A stretch of DNA of 64,000 nt from Candidatus Aenigmatarchaeota archaeon (GTDB taxonomy: Archaea > Aenigmatarchaeota > Aenigmatarchaeia > GW2011-AR5). The stretch is taken from contig JACPJW010000001.1 of the NCBI GenBank assembly GCA_016187335.1, positions 192,001-256,000 of the forward strand. Reading direction: 5' to 3'. Of this stretch, positions 10,125 through 18,629 are shown one piece after another (position 1 is the first letter of the stretch; each line of letters opens with the position of its first letter). The notes under the pieces were generated by a model. It ran no database searches, had not been told where the DNA came from, and worked only from the letters and a program-made list of their open reading frames with translations. The position numbers and the translations under genes were made by a program.

Positions 10125-10775
10125 ATGGCATCCAAGGCTGACAAATTCCTGCTGCTGTCCGGCATCTTCGGCCCCGTTGTGTTCATTCTTGTCATCTTTG
10201 TTTCTGGCATGCTGTACCCCGGATACAGCCACGTAAGCAACGTCATCAGCGACCTCGGCGCGGCAGGAAGCCCTGTCAGGGATTTCATGAACATCTTCGG
10301 GTTCATGCTGTACGGGATTTCCATTGTGGTCTTCGCTGCTGGCGTTTACAAATTAAGGGGAAAAAGCCTCCTCGGAAAGACAATATCAGTTTTTTTTCTG
10401 CTGGGCGGCATTTCAATGTTCCTGATAGGCGTATTTCCGAGCGATGCGCCCTGCAGGGAAGGGCCGAGATTCTGCCCTGCCCCGACTTCCGCGGCAGAGA
10501 TGCACAACATCGCAACTTACAGCACATTCCTTTTCATGTTCCCCGCATTTATCCTGCTGGTCATTGACACAAGAAACGAGAAAACGATGAGATATTATTT
10601 TGCGGTTGCCGGCGCACTTGGATTGATAATTGCGTATTTCGGTTACACCTGGCTCACGGTCGACAGCTATGAGAAATCCCTCACAGCAGGACTGATGCAA
10701 AGAGCTACTTTAGCAGGGCTCTTCTTGCTGATGATGTATACTTCCCTGAAGCTTCACGGCCTGAAGAAGAAATAA
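10125..10775 (+). CDS. DUF998 family membrane protein
   Basis: PGYSHVSNVISDLGA, GVFPSD, GLMQR. Confidence 0.85.
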   Translation: MASKADKFLLLSGIFGPVVFILVIFVSGMLYPGYSHVSNVISDLGAAGSPVRDFMNIFGFMLYGISIVVFAAGVYKLRGKSLLGKTISVFFLLGGISMFLIGVFPSDAPCREGPRFCPAPTSAAEMHNIATYSTFLFMFPAFILLVIDTRNEKTMRYYFAVAGALGLIIAYFGYTWLTVDSYEKSLTAGLMQRATLAGLFLLMMYTSLKLHGLKKK

Positions 10776-10834
10776 CGCTATAGTCTTTTGAAATACCGAA
10801 GAGGCTTTAATTGTCGTGTATTGCAGTTGGAATC

Positions 10835-11416
10835 CTAGTGCACCAGCCTGAACCCGATATCGGTTCCCATCTTTAGCGTGTAGCCCAGCTGTATGTTCAG
10901 GTATCCCAGAGTTTCCAGCCAGCGGGCGTTTTGCAGCGGTCCGGCGTCCACAGCGTCAAAGCCGATGTCCTGTCCAAGCTCAAGCACGTGCTGCTTCGCA
11001 GCATGGTCATCGCCGGCAACGAACAGCGTCAGTTTTTCGCCCTTGACTTTGCCGGTGGACATGTTGCCGGCAAAAACAGTGTTGAACGCTTTGACGATCT
11101 TCGCTTTTGGCGCTTTTTTCTGCAGCTCCTCTGCCCCGCTTGTATTGAAGCCTAGAGCAAGTTTAAAATCAGGAGTGAGCACATTAGTGACGTCTACGAA
11201 CGTCTTCCCATTGACTGCATCGCCCATTTCGCGGAGTGCATTGTCAACCTCGCTGAAAGGCACGGCAAGAATAATTACATCGCCCCACGAAGCAGTTTCC
11301 CTGGCTGCCTTCGGTTCCTTCCCGACAGCGCGGACGTCATAGCCGGCGCGTTCAAGCCCCTTCTTGAGCGCGCTGCCGACATTTCCTTTGCCGATGATAG
11401 CAATTTTTGGTTTCAT
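10835..11416 (-). CDS. npdG: NADPH-dependent F420 reductase family oxidoreductase
   Basis: IIGKGNVG, ILAVPF, VKAFNT, VAGDD, DAGPL. Confidence 0.85.
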   Translation of the reverse strand: MKPKIAIIGKGNVGSALKKGLERAGYDVRAVGKEPKAARETASWGDVIILAVPFSEVDNALREMGDAVNGKTFVDVTNVLTPDFKLALGFNTSGAEELQKKAPKAKIVKAFNTVFAGNMSTGKVKGEKLTLFVAGDDHAAKQHVLELGQDIGFDAVDAGPLQNARWLETLGYLNIQLGYTLKMGTDIGFRLVH

Positions 11417-11591
11417 GCCAATCTCCGTTAAGTAATAAGCCATAATAAAAATAAAAGGTGACCTGCCGTCAAAGATACGGAGAAGGAAGGTGGCTGACGG
11501 CGGGCTTTAATTCGTTTTATAGGAAATAACTGTATCACAGTCTTCTTCACGCCAGAAATTATTTTATTTCCAGAAACAGTATAATTAGCCG

Positions 11592-12320
11592 ATGACATCA
11601 GATTATTGGGAAAGAGAATCGGGTTTTTACGATAGGCAGTGGAAGGGTTCTCCCGTGTCTGAATTTGATTATGCCTGCACAAAGGACATGCTTTTTCGTT
11701 TTCTTGAGCCCTCTATGAATGATAAGATACTGGAAATTGGGTGTGGCCTTGGGACGTGGACAGAGCTTGTTGGTAGTAAGTGTCGGGCTATAACAGCTGT
11801 GGACGTCTCCAAAGAAATGATACGAAAAGCCAAGAAGAATGTAAGCCTGAAGAATGTAAAGTTTGTTGTTTCGGATTTCCTATCTTTCGGGACAAAGGAA
11901 AGATTTAATAAAATATTTGCAGTGCGCTCTTTCGAATACCTTGATGATACGAAAGCTGGACTAAGAAAGGTTTGGGGTATGTTGAAGCCAAGTGGAAGAT
12001 TCGTAATCATAACAAAGTCTAAGCCTTGCGCATGGGAGTTCGTTTATCATGAAAGGTGGAAAAGGAGTGGATTCAGACAGAACAAAATTTCTTATACAAA
12101 AATGAGAAAATTGCTCCATTCTGTGGGATTTGTTGATGTAAAGATGCTGCCGGCTATCATTAGATTCCCTATATTCCGCGGGGGAAATAGGGAAATACCC
12201 ATGATACCCAATTCAGTAGCAAAATATTTACTGGCACCAGGGTTTGTACTGCGCAGATTTCAACCCCTTATTGTATTCGCGGAATCGTATGCTGCCTATG
12301 CTACAAGAGGCGAATCGTGA
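11592..12320 (+). CDS. Class I SAM-dependent methyltransferase
   Basis: ILEIGCGLG, AVDVS, LKPSGRF. Confidence 0.9.
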   Translation: MTSDYWERESGFYDRQWKGSPVSEFDYACTKDMLFRFLEPSMNDKILEIGCGLGTWTELVGSKCRAITAVDVSKEMIRKAKKNVSLKNVKFVVSDFLSFGTKERFNKIFAVRSFEYLDDTKAGLRKVWGMLKPSGRFVIITKSKPCAWEFVYHERWKRSGFRQNKISYTKMRKLLHSVGFVDVKMLPAIIRFPIFRGGNREIPMIPNSVAKYLLAPGFVLRRFQPLIVFAESYAAYATRGES

Positions 12321-13432
12321 TGCGTAATGAGGTATCTGTAATAATATGCACGCGCAATAGACCAGACTACCTAAAAAAATGTATCGCTTCAATTCTAAAG
12401 CAATCCGTCAAGCCAAAAGAAATAATTGTTGTAGACGACGCTTCTGATGAAAGAATTGACTCCATCCAGATGCTAAATGCCATCTTTTTCTCTGTGCGGA
12501 ATAAAGTCTCTAACCTGCCATCAGGAAATATTGAGATAAAGTACATAAGAAATAAGCGCAGACAGGGCGTAGTCAGAAGCAGGAATATTGGCATCGCAGC
12601 AGCGAGAAGCGATGTAGTCGCATTCATCGATGACGATGGTTACGCTCATAAGGACTGGATAAAGGACCTTTTGAAGTGCTATCAAGCTAAAGGTGTAGTA
12701 GGCGTCGGAGGCCCTGTCATAGAGGTTGGCAGAGATGTCGAAACAAAGCCGCATTTCAAAAGACTTTCTTATATAACGAGCCATGGCGACATAAAGCACA
12801 ACTACAGGGTGAAGAGATTCAAAGACATCAAAAATCTCCGTTCCGGGGCTGTAAAATTTCTCATGGGCGGTAACATGTCATTCAGAAGGGGTGTTCTCCT
12901 GAAACTCCACGGCTTTAATGCACAATACAAAGGCAATTATTACAGGGAAGAAACCGATATGTGCATGAGGGTTTCAAAGATTGGCAAGATCATCTTTGAG
13001 CCGTCTGTCGTAACATATCATAATACTGCAAAATATGGCGGAACAAGGGATGTCATCAGTTTGGAAAATTTCCTTTACTGGTATTTCAGGAATACTATAC
13101 TTCTGTTTTTTCGGCATTTCGGCATTAAAAATGCAGCAATAAAAACATGGAGGCAGTTCAAGAAATATTTCGGGGGTGTCAGAAACGGTACAATCAAGAC
13201 TAACAGGGACTACCTTATAATCGGTGCGTCTTTCAAGATACTGATTGCGATACTAACAGGCACTATTGTGGGGATACTTGTAGGCTTGGTTTTTGACAAG
13301 CCTCTGAAGAAATTAATGTACAAGAACCCTGAATACGCAACATTAATCATCATATCCTTAATGGGAACGACATTCCAAATCGTAGACTACAGAAATATAG
13401 AAAATATCATTAGGCATTTGGATAAGCCTTGA
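12317..13432 (+). CDS. Glycosyltransferase family 2
   Basis: SVIICTRNR, VVDDAS, FIDDD, EETD. Confidence 0.9.
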   Translation: MMRNEVSVIICTRNRPDYLKKCIASILKQSVKPKEIIVVDDASDERIDSIQMLNAIFFSVRNKVSNLPSGNIEIKYIRNKRRQGVVRSRNIGIAAARSDVVAFIDDDGYAHKDWIKDLLKCYQAKGVVGVGGPVIEVGRDVETKPHFKRLSYITSHGDIKHNYRVKRFKDIKNLRSGAVKFLMGGNMSFRRGVLLKLHGFNAQYKGNYYREETDMCMRVSKIGKIIFEPSVVTYHNTAKYGGTRDVISLENFLYWYFRNTILLFFRHFGIKNAAIKTWRQFKKYFGGVRNGTIKTNRDYLIIGASFKILIAILTGTIVGILVGLVFDKPLKKLMYKNPEYATLIIISLMGTTFQIVDYRNIENIIRHLDKP

Positions 13433-13496
13433 ATAGTGAATATGAATAAATATCTGCGGGCTAACGCCCGTAGTATTTTCTTCAGGAAAGCATAGC

Positions 13497-13590
13497 TTTC
13501 CGAAGACTCAAGAAAGCTTCGCTTTCTTCGAGTTGCAGATGTTCAGAAAGCTGAGCTTTCTGACACCCCAAAAAGCTTCGCTTTTTGAGC
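13497..13590. repeat. Cluster of three tri-loop palindromes
   Basis: aagaaagc-ttc-gctttctt; cagaaagc-tga-gctttctg; aaaaagc-ttc-gcttttt. Confidence 0.85.
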
Positions 13591-13713
13591 GAATGCAGAA
13601 GCGTTATAAACGGCTTAAAAGCCGCAGTACAACAAGGACCTAAGGTCTTTGTGTACACATGGAACCTTCAGTTCCATGCTGTATTGACTGCATTTCATGC
13701 AATAAAAATTAGA

Positions 13714-14127
13714 GGTGACCTGCCGATAGCCTGTCTTTTGTCGGCCTTCATTCACCGGCGAAAGTTTTTCTTTTCGCCGACGTTTTCTTTTTTGAAAAAG
13801 AAAAGGCCGTGCAACATTTGTCTTTGCGTCGTTATAACTTGCACCCGCGCGCAGCGGGCCGTTTCATCCGGTTTCTCCTTTGACAGAGATAAAGCACAAA
13901 TCATAAATCATTGTGCGACCGGTATCGTTTCTGTTCCCGCTGTTACCTTCAAGGATAGGGCATTGCTGCCTCGCGCTTTCCTTTTCCGGCCGCGCTTTGT
14001 GAGCGCAGCGAACAAAGGGTGGGTGGACAGAGCTTCCTCAATCAGAACCTGCAAGTTCCGCGCCTTTTCCGAAAAAAAGACGATTCCCCAACACAAGTCC
14101 CGACCGGTGGTTGCTGGCAGGTCACCG
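13714..14127 (-). ncRNA. rnpB: RNase P RNA, enlarged by hairpin insertions
   Basis: P1 GGUGACCUGCC/GGCAGGUCACC; GAGGAAGCUCUGUCCAC, ACAGAAAC, GGAUGAAAC, GGGUGCAAG, ACAAAAGACAGGCU conserved-region analogues; TATA-like element upstream. Confidence 0.85.
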
Positions 14128-14163
14128 TCATAATATACATAGAAGTGTTAATAAGCGTTGCGC

Positions 14164-14853
14164 TTACACAACAGCCTTGAATAATTTTCCGGGGTTATGA
14201 GGAGTTTCCAGATACCCGCTCGCAATAGCCCTTATCAAAGGCGTGCTTCCATCGCTTCTTGCCAATTCTTCCGCAGGCATCCACCCTATGTTATCAAGTT
14301 CTGGTCTTTCTGATTTCAGCAGCGGGGTTTTCTCCGGTTCGCCTTTGTATTCTATAGAAAATGCGTGCACCACGAATGGGTCTGGCACGAAAATGCCTTT
14401 TTCATATATTCCGAATGTCGTATCCGTGCAAAGACCTATATACTCCACATCACTTATCCTTCTCATGAAATTGCGGTAAACTTCCTGCCTTGCCTCAAGG
14501 AGTGCAACCCACAGTGCCGGCAATTCTTCCCCTCTTCCTATTCTTTCATTTACTTTTTCAAGAAAACTCTGCTCGTCTGGTTCTAATCTTCTTACACCGT
14601 CTGGCCCGTTTTCCAGATAATACCGCAGAAATAATCCGGCATCGTCTTTCTGCGCCCTACCTATGGGCGTTAATGTCCTTTTGTATAAAATATCTTTCTT
14701 TGTACGGTCGCCCACAAGTAAATGACCATGATTGTGAATGAGCAAAGTGCTTGCTGTCTTGTATTGCCCTTCGCGAAGATCCAAAAACTGCTTGTAAAAA
14801 CCAGGACTATTCAAATCCATATTCCCAGGTTTCGGAATCCAAAGTAATGCCAT
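14164..14853 (-). CDS. Hypothetical protein, possibly a degenerate NUDIX fold
   Basis: LLIHNHGHLLVG and IGWMPAEEL resemble NUDIX flanks; no NUDIX box. Confidence 0.55.
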   Translation of the reverse strand: MALLWIPKPGNMDLNSPGFYKQFLDLREGQYKTASTLLIHNHGHLLVGDRTKKDILYKRTLTPIGRAQKDDAGLFLRYYLENGPDGVRRLEPDEQSFLEKVNERIGRGEELPALWVALLEARQEVYRNFMRRISDVEYIGLCTDTTFGIYEKGIFVPDPFVVHAFSIEYKGEPEKTPLLKSERPELDNIGWMPAEELARSDGSTPLIRAIASGYLETPHNPGKLFKAVV

Positions 14854-14978
14854 TAACTCGCACCAAATTTGATTATATTTACTACTTATCAGTTACGTAT
14901 TTAAGGATTTTACCTGTGTTTGTAATTCACAGCGGATACATTATTAACCTACTTTGTACGTTTTATCTCCAAGTTTTT

Positions 14979-15133
14979 GCCAGCCGATTTCTGTTATGGC
15001 TCGGCTTTGTCGCCACTATCATGCTGGCATAGTCTTGTGAGACAGGAAGCCCGTTAAGCTGTACCTGATTAACATCGGCTTCCAGCTGGTAAATCTCCTG
15101 CTTATGGGTGCCCTGCTGGCTGTGTGGGTTTAA
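14979..15133 (+). pseudogene. C-terminal remnant of a DUF1761-like membrane protein
   Basis: FLLWLGFVATIML / frameshift / IVL*DRKPVKLYLINIGFQLVNLLLMGALLAVWV*. Confidence 0.6.
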
Positions 15134-15693
15134 AGGACCATCACATGCTCTTCCGAGAAGTATCTTAATATTATTTCAGAAAGCGGTATGTGGTTGTAGT
15201 ACCAGTCAATGTCCACAAATACTTTCCTTCTTTCGTCTCCTTTAAAGACAAACCCGTAGATGTCCCGTTCGCCATGTTCCAATTCCACCTGACCGCCTTG
15301 CGTAAGGTCTTCTGTAATAACTCCAACAGAATCACCGCAGACTGTGCCGATGCAAAAAGCCGGGACGTCCTTCCCTTCATCGTGCAGTCTCTCGGCGTTC
15401 TGGCAGTAAATTTCCATAAGCCTAGACTGTTGCTCTCTGTCAAAATTTCCGTAAACGGTGTCGGGCCGTAACGCCCTGAGGGCTACGTATAATCCGGACG
15501 GTGTTCTCCCTATTCTATACAGGTTAACAGTGCCACCGAAAGAAAACTGTTCTGACTGTCTGGTAAACGCCTTCCTAGCAGTATTCAGCATTTCCGGACC
15601 GGATTCTATCTCCTTTTTCACCGTTAATGAATGTTCAAAATAACCCATGCGAAAAGGTAGTTTAATAACCTTAAATTGCTTTAGAAAATTCAA
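15130..15693 (-). CDS. Hypothetical AT-rich protein
   Basis: ORF track, 187 aa. Confidence 0.65.
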   Translation of the reverse strand: MNFLKQFKVIKLPFRMGYFEHSLTVKKEIESGPEMLNTARKAFTRQSEQFSFGGTVNLYRIGRTPSGLYVALRALRPDTVYGNFDREQQSRLMEIYCQNAERLHDEGKDVPAFCIGTVCGDSVGVITEDLTQGGQVELEHGERDIYGFVFKGDERRKVFVDIDWYYNHIPLSEIILRYFSEEHVMVL

Positions 15694-15725
15694 TCAAAAA
15701 GAAGTAAAAGTAAGTAGGTTAAGGC

Positions 15726-15830
15726 CTACTTTCTGAATTCTTTGCCGCAAAAGCCGCAGAAAGAGACTCCCCTGGCTTTGACTATATGTCCCTTGAAGCC
15801 GTCTCCGCAATTATGCAACTTTTTCTTCAT
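15726..15830 (-). CDS. 34-aa putative Zn-binding peptide
   Basis: MKKKLHNCGDGFKGHIVKARGVSFCGFCGKEFRK; GGGGTG RBS-like element upstream. Confidence 0.55.
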   Translation of the reverse strand: MKKKLHNCGDGFKGHIVKARGVSFCGFCGKEFRK

Positions 15831-15849
15831 TCCAACACCCCGAAATAAA

Positions 15850-15914
15850 TGAATATTCACGAAGAGCAAAGCTCTTCGGAATCCCGAAGAAACTTTGTTT
15901 CTTCGAAGATATTC
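15850..15914. repeat. Branched palindrome with two tri-loop hairpins
   Basis: cgaagagc-aaa-gctcttcg and cgaagaaac-ttt-gtttcttcg inside gaatat...atattc. Confidence 0.8.
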
Positions 15915-16205
15915 TGATGTGACGGAAGGTAGTCATGAATGACCACCAAATTGCTGAGTAACCCCCAGAAACGCCACACCCAGTGTCCTATATATTATCT
16001 TTCCTGATTTATATAGATTTCGGTTCTTAACCTACGACCTTTCCGTAGTAACTTCTATGACGGTGTTATAAATTGAAGAAAAAAACGTCACAGGCCGAGG
16101 AGGAGCAATATAACATCGCAATTATACGCCAACTAACGCTGCATTTCATCCGACGGCTCGCTCAGAAACGGAACGTTTCTGGCGTGTCAAAGAACTCCCG
16201 TTCTT

Positions 16206-16263
16206 TGCACATCGCCGTTGTCTTGCAGTTGAGGGTTAGCGCATGTTTTCGCGATTTTGTGCC
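16206..16263 (-). other. 3' arm of the pre-23S processing stem (pairs with 22381-22440)
   Basis: ttttgtgcc/ggcacaaaa, gcgca/tgcgc, ttgcag/ctgcaa, cgccgt/acggcg complementarity. Confidence 0.7.
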
Positions 16264-16679
16264 TTAGGAAAATTAAAGGCTAGCATTGGCGTAGGAGAGC
16301 GTGGGCTGAATAGCTCGCCGAAGCTTGCTACTTACACCCCGCTTCCATACCTGGTCGTCTTGCCAGTGCCGACTGCCTATTTTCGAGAGCGGCTTGGGGC
16401 TTAGATGCTTTCAGCCCTTATCCGCGTATGGCGTAGCTACCCGGCAATGCCTTGTCAGACAACCGGTACACCAGAGGCCACGGAAGGATGTTCCTTTCGT
16501 ACTTATCCTTCCTTTCTCTCAGGCAAAAGCACCTCCAGCAGATATAGACCAAACTGGCTCACACCGTTCTGAACCCAGCTAACGTGCCCTTTTAATCTGT
16601 GAACTCCAGCACCCTTGGCGGCTGCTGCACCGCCAGGAGAGGACGAGCCGACAGCGACGCCGCAACGCGCGGGGTCGAT

Positions 16680-16763
16680 TTGTTCTCTGGATTCTGCGAT
16701 CTAAGTTTGACTACCTCAGGCTATTCCAGCTGAGAATATGTAGACAATGTCGCAGATCCGGAT
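16680..16763 (-). other. 23S BHB intron, 84 nt (~Ec 2477/2478)
   Basis: Central helix GUUC/GAAC with 3-nt bulges. Confidence 0.85.
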
Positions 16764-16791
16764 AAGAACTCTCACCCGCCACGACACCATT

Positions 16792-16891
16792 ATAGGGTAA
16801 AGTAAACCTATAGCTAGTTGCTATCTAAATCTAACTAAATCTAATTTGTTAGCAGACCCAGACTGCGACTTAGCTTCCCGGCTTACTTCAT
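16792..16891 (-). other. 23S BHB intron, 100 nt (Ec U2449/A2450)
   Basis: GGGG/CCCU helix plus outer stem UGAAGUAA/UUACUUUA. Confidence 0.85.
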
Positions 16892-17722
16892 ATCCCCGGG
16901 GTAGCTTTTTGAGACCGAAGTGCTCATAATCTGAAGCCTTTCGAGCTTCATTGCGTTCAGCAACCCAAAATTAGCATGAAATTTTCTGACCATCTCCTCG
17001 CCGTAAATAGCGAAGGAGTAATTCGATATTGAAGAGCATTTTATTTCAAGCCCTTCAAGAACCGAAATTATGAACCTCAATGAACTCTCGTCTTTCTGGG
17101 TGAAAGTTATCCTCGCCCGCTTGTTCTTGACGTTTGCGGAAGGAACATGGCCTTCCGCGTCGAAGAATCCGGCAATATAGGACTTCTGGATTTCTATATC
17201 CGAAGCCCTGATTATCTCCGGAACCGACTTGTGAAGTTTCCCGTCAACCATCATACTGATCATGTAGTATAACGGCTTGGACGAGATGTCAAGGTACTTT
17301 TCACCTATATGCTTCTGGTACCTTACGTGCGGGGTCACTTCGAAAATCCGCTGGAATATATCGCGCAGACTTTCGACCCAAGTTGAGTTTGCAGAATCAT
17401 AAATCCGCACCCAGTGCTTTCCTTTCGAGCGAATCAAGGAACCGTCCCGCATTGCGCCTAGAAGATATGCCAATTGCAGTGTTAGTTCTTCTGGCACTTT
17501 AACTCGTGTATATGCTGAACCGGTTCCTGATTTGAGGTGCGTTACAGAACCAATAATTTCAGGATATTTCTCCGCCAGAAAGGAAAGCGGGAAGGAATTC
17601 AGTCTTTTCCACTTCCTTATCTTGCTGCTTTCTATGCGAATTTCCATCAATCTTGGTTCCAGGATCTCTGCTCTTACCGTAGTGCCGGTTTCCAGAATTC
17701 CCTGGAGTAACTTAAATTTCAT
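16883..17722 (-). CDS. Two-motif LAGLIDADG homing endonuclease
   Basis: LAYLLGAMRDGSL and YIAGFFDAEGHV. Confidence 0.9.
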   Translation of the reverse strand: MKFKLLQGILETGTTVRAEILEPRLMEIRIESSKIRKWKRLNSFPLSFLAEKYPEIIGSVTHLKSGTGSAYTRVKVPEELTLQLAYLLGAMRDGSLIRSKGKHWVRIYDSANSTWVESLRDIFQRIFEVTPHVRYQKHIGEKYLDISSKPLYYMISMMVDGKLHKSVPEIIRASDIEIQKSYIAGFFDAEGHVPSANVKNKRARITFTQKDESSLRFIISVLEGLEIKCSSISNYSFAIYGEEMVRKFHANFGLLNAMKLERLQIMSTSVSKSYPGDMK

Positions 17723-17783
17723 TGAGGCTTTTTGGTCAGAGTAGAATATAAGGATTGCTGAACTGGGGTGAACACTTCGCGTT
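16908..17783 (-). mobile_element. 23S BHB intron, 876 nt, with homing endonuclease gene (~Ec 2433/2434)
   Basis: UGAG/CUCA helix, CGAAGUG/CACUUCG stem. Confidence 0.9.
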
Positions 17784-17907
17784 TTCTCATGTCACAGCCA
17801 GCCATCCAGGCCAAGCTGCGTATCGCTAGCTCACGCTTTCACGGTTGGACACCATTCTGTTAGGAGTCCAATCAATGCAGCTTTTGCGCTTGCACTCTAC
17901 CCTCGAT

Positions 17908-17953
17908 AATCAGGAAACTTTCCGTTTTGATGAAACTTTTCTGAAAAGTTTCT
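17908..17953 (-). other. 23S BHB micro-intron, 46 nt (family-1 hairpin)
   Basis: UCAG/CUGA helix, GAAAC/GUUUC outer stem. Confidence 0.85.
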
Positions 17954-17993
17954 TTCTGACCGAGGTGAGCTGCACTTAGAGGGCGTCTGATAT

Positions 17994-18036
17994 TAAGTCT
18001 AGCAGAGCGTTCTTCATTGCTAGCCCTGCAGGATAT
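17994..18036 (-). other. 23S micro-intron, ~43 nt (helix 81 region)
   Basis: Insertion between duplicated GATAT; relaxed BHB; boundaries approximate. Confidence 0.7.
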
Positions 18037-18344
18037 CTTTTCAGACGCGTACCGCCCCAGCCAAACTGCCCATCTGTTACTGTCCCATAGCTATGCTATG
18101 GTAAGCAGTAAAGTCGAAAAAGGTCGGTGTTACACTTTCGACTCCACGCCACCTTACAGCAGCGCTTCGACGTCTCCCGACTACTCTATACAATCCCGAC
18201 TTTACCACAACAACAGACTGCAGTAAAGCTCCACGGGGTCTACTCTTCCCACTGGAGGTCCCTGGCCTAATCACCAGGACAATAGTTTCGCCGAGTTCCA
18301 GCCCGGGACAGCGACCACCTCGTTAATCTATCATGCAGGCCAAC

Positions 18345-18472
18345 GTTTACAGCCCCTTCCTGATATGTTCTTGCGCAGAAAGCGTAAGCTTTCTGGCATC
18401 TCAAAGAGCTTTGCTCTTTGCAGATTTCCGCAAGCGCTTTTCTTCCAAGAAAAGGGCTTCAAGAAAGGGCTT
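18345..18472 (-). other. 23S intron, 128 nt (helix 71 loop)
   Basis: AGCCC/GGGCU outer stem; contains family-2 and tri-loop hairpins. Confidence 0.8.
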
Positions 18473-18490
18473 ATTTAATTGGCAAGGGAT

Positions 18491-18563
18491 TTAGCGAACC
18501 CTCTGTCGCCATGACAGAACGTTGAGTCTCACGCAAGCGCCCTTTGCAGTGCAAAAGGGGTTT
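18491..18563 (-). other. 23S BHB intron, 73 nt (~Ec 1936)
   Basis: AGCG/CGCU helix, AACCC/GGGUU stem. Confidence 0.85.
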
Positions 18564-18585
18564 TACGCTACCTTAAGACCCTCAT

Positions 18586-18629
18586 CACCGACGAAGCACT
18601 GTCATCTGATCAGACGTGCTTCAGTCTAG
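18586..18629 (-). other. 23S micro-intron, ~44 nt (helix 69 loop)
   Basis: Insertion within the UAACUxUGA loop; boundaries +/-2 nt. Confidence 0.75.

Noticed and set aside
13497-13590. Possible CRISPR array
   Set aside because: The hairpins differ in sequence, there are no unique spacers of regular length, and no cas operon is present
15030-15045. In-frame TGA at a probable Trp position, suggesting recoding
   Set aside because: The same remnant has a frameshift and many intact genes end in TGA; pseudogenisation is simpler
15915-16075. Possible 5S rRNA or other ncRNA downstream of 23S
   Set aside because: No 5S signature recognised; a short hairpin and TATA-like element alone are insufficient
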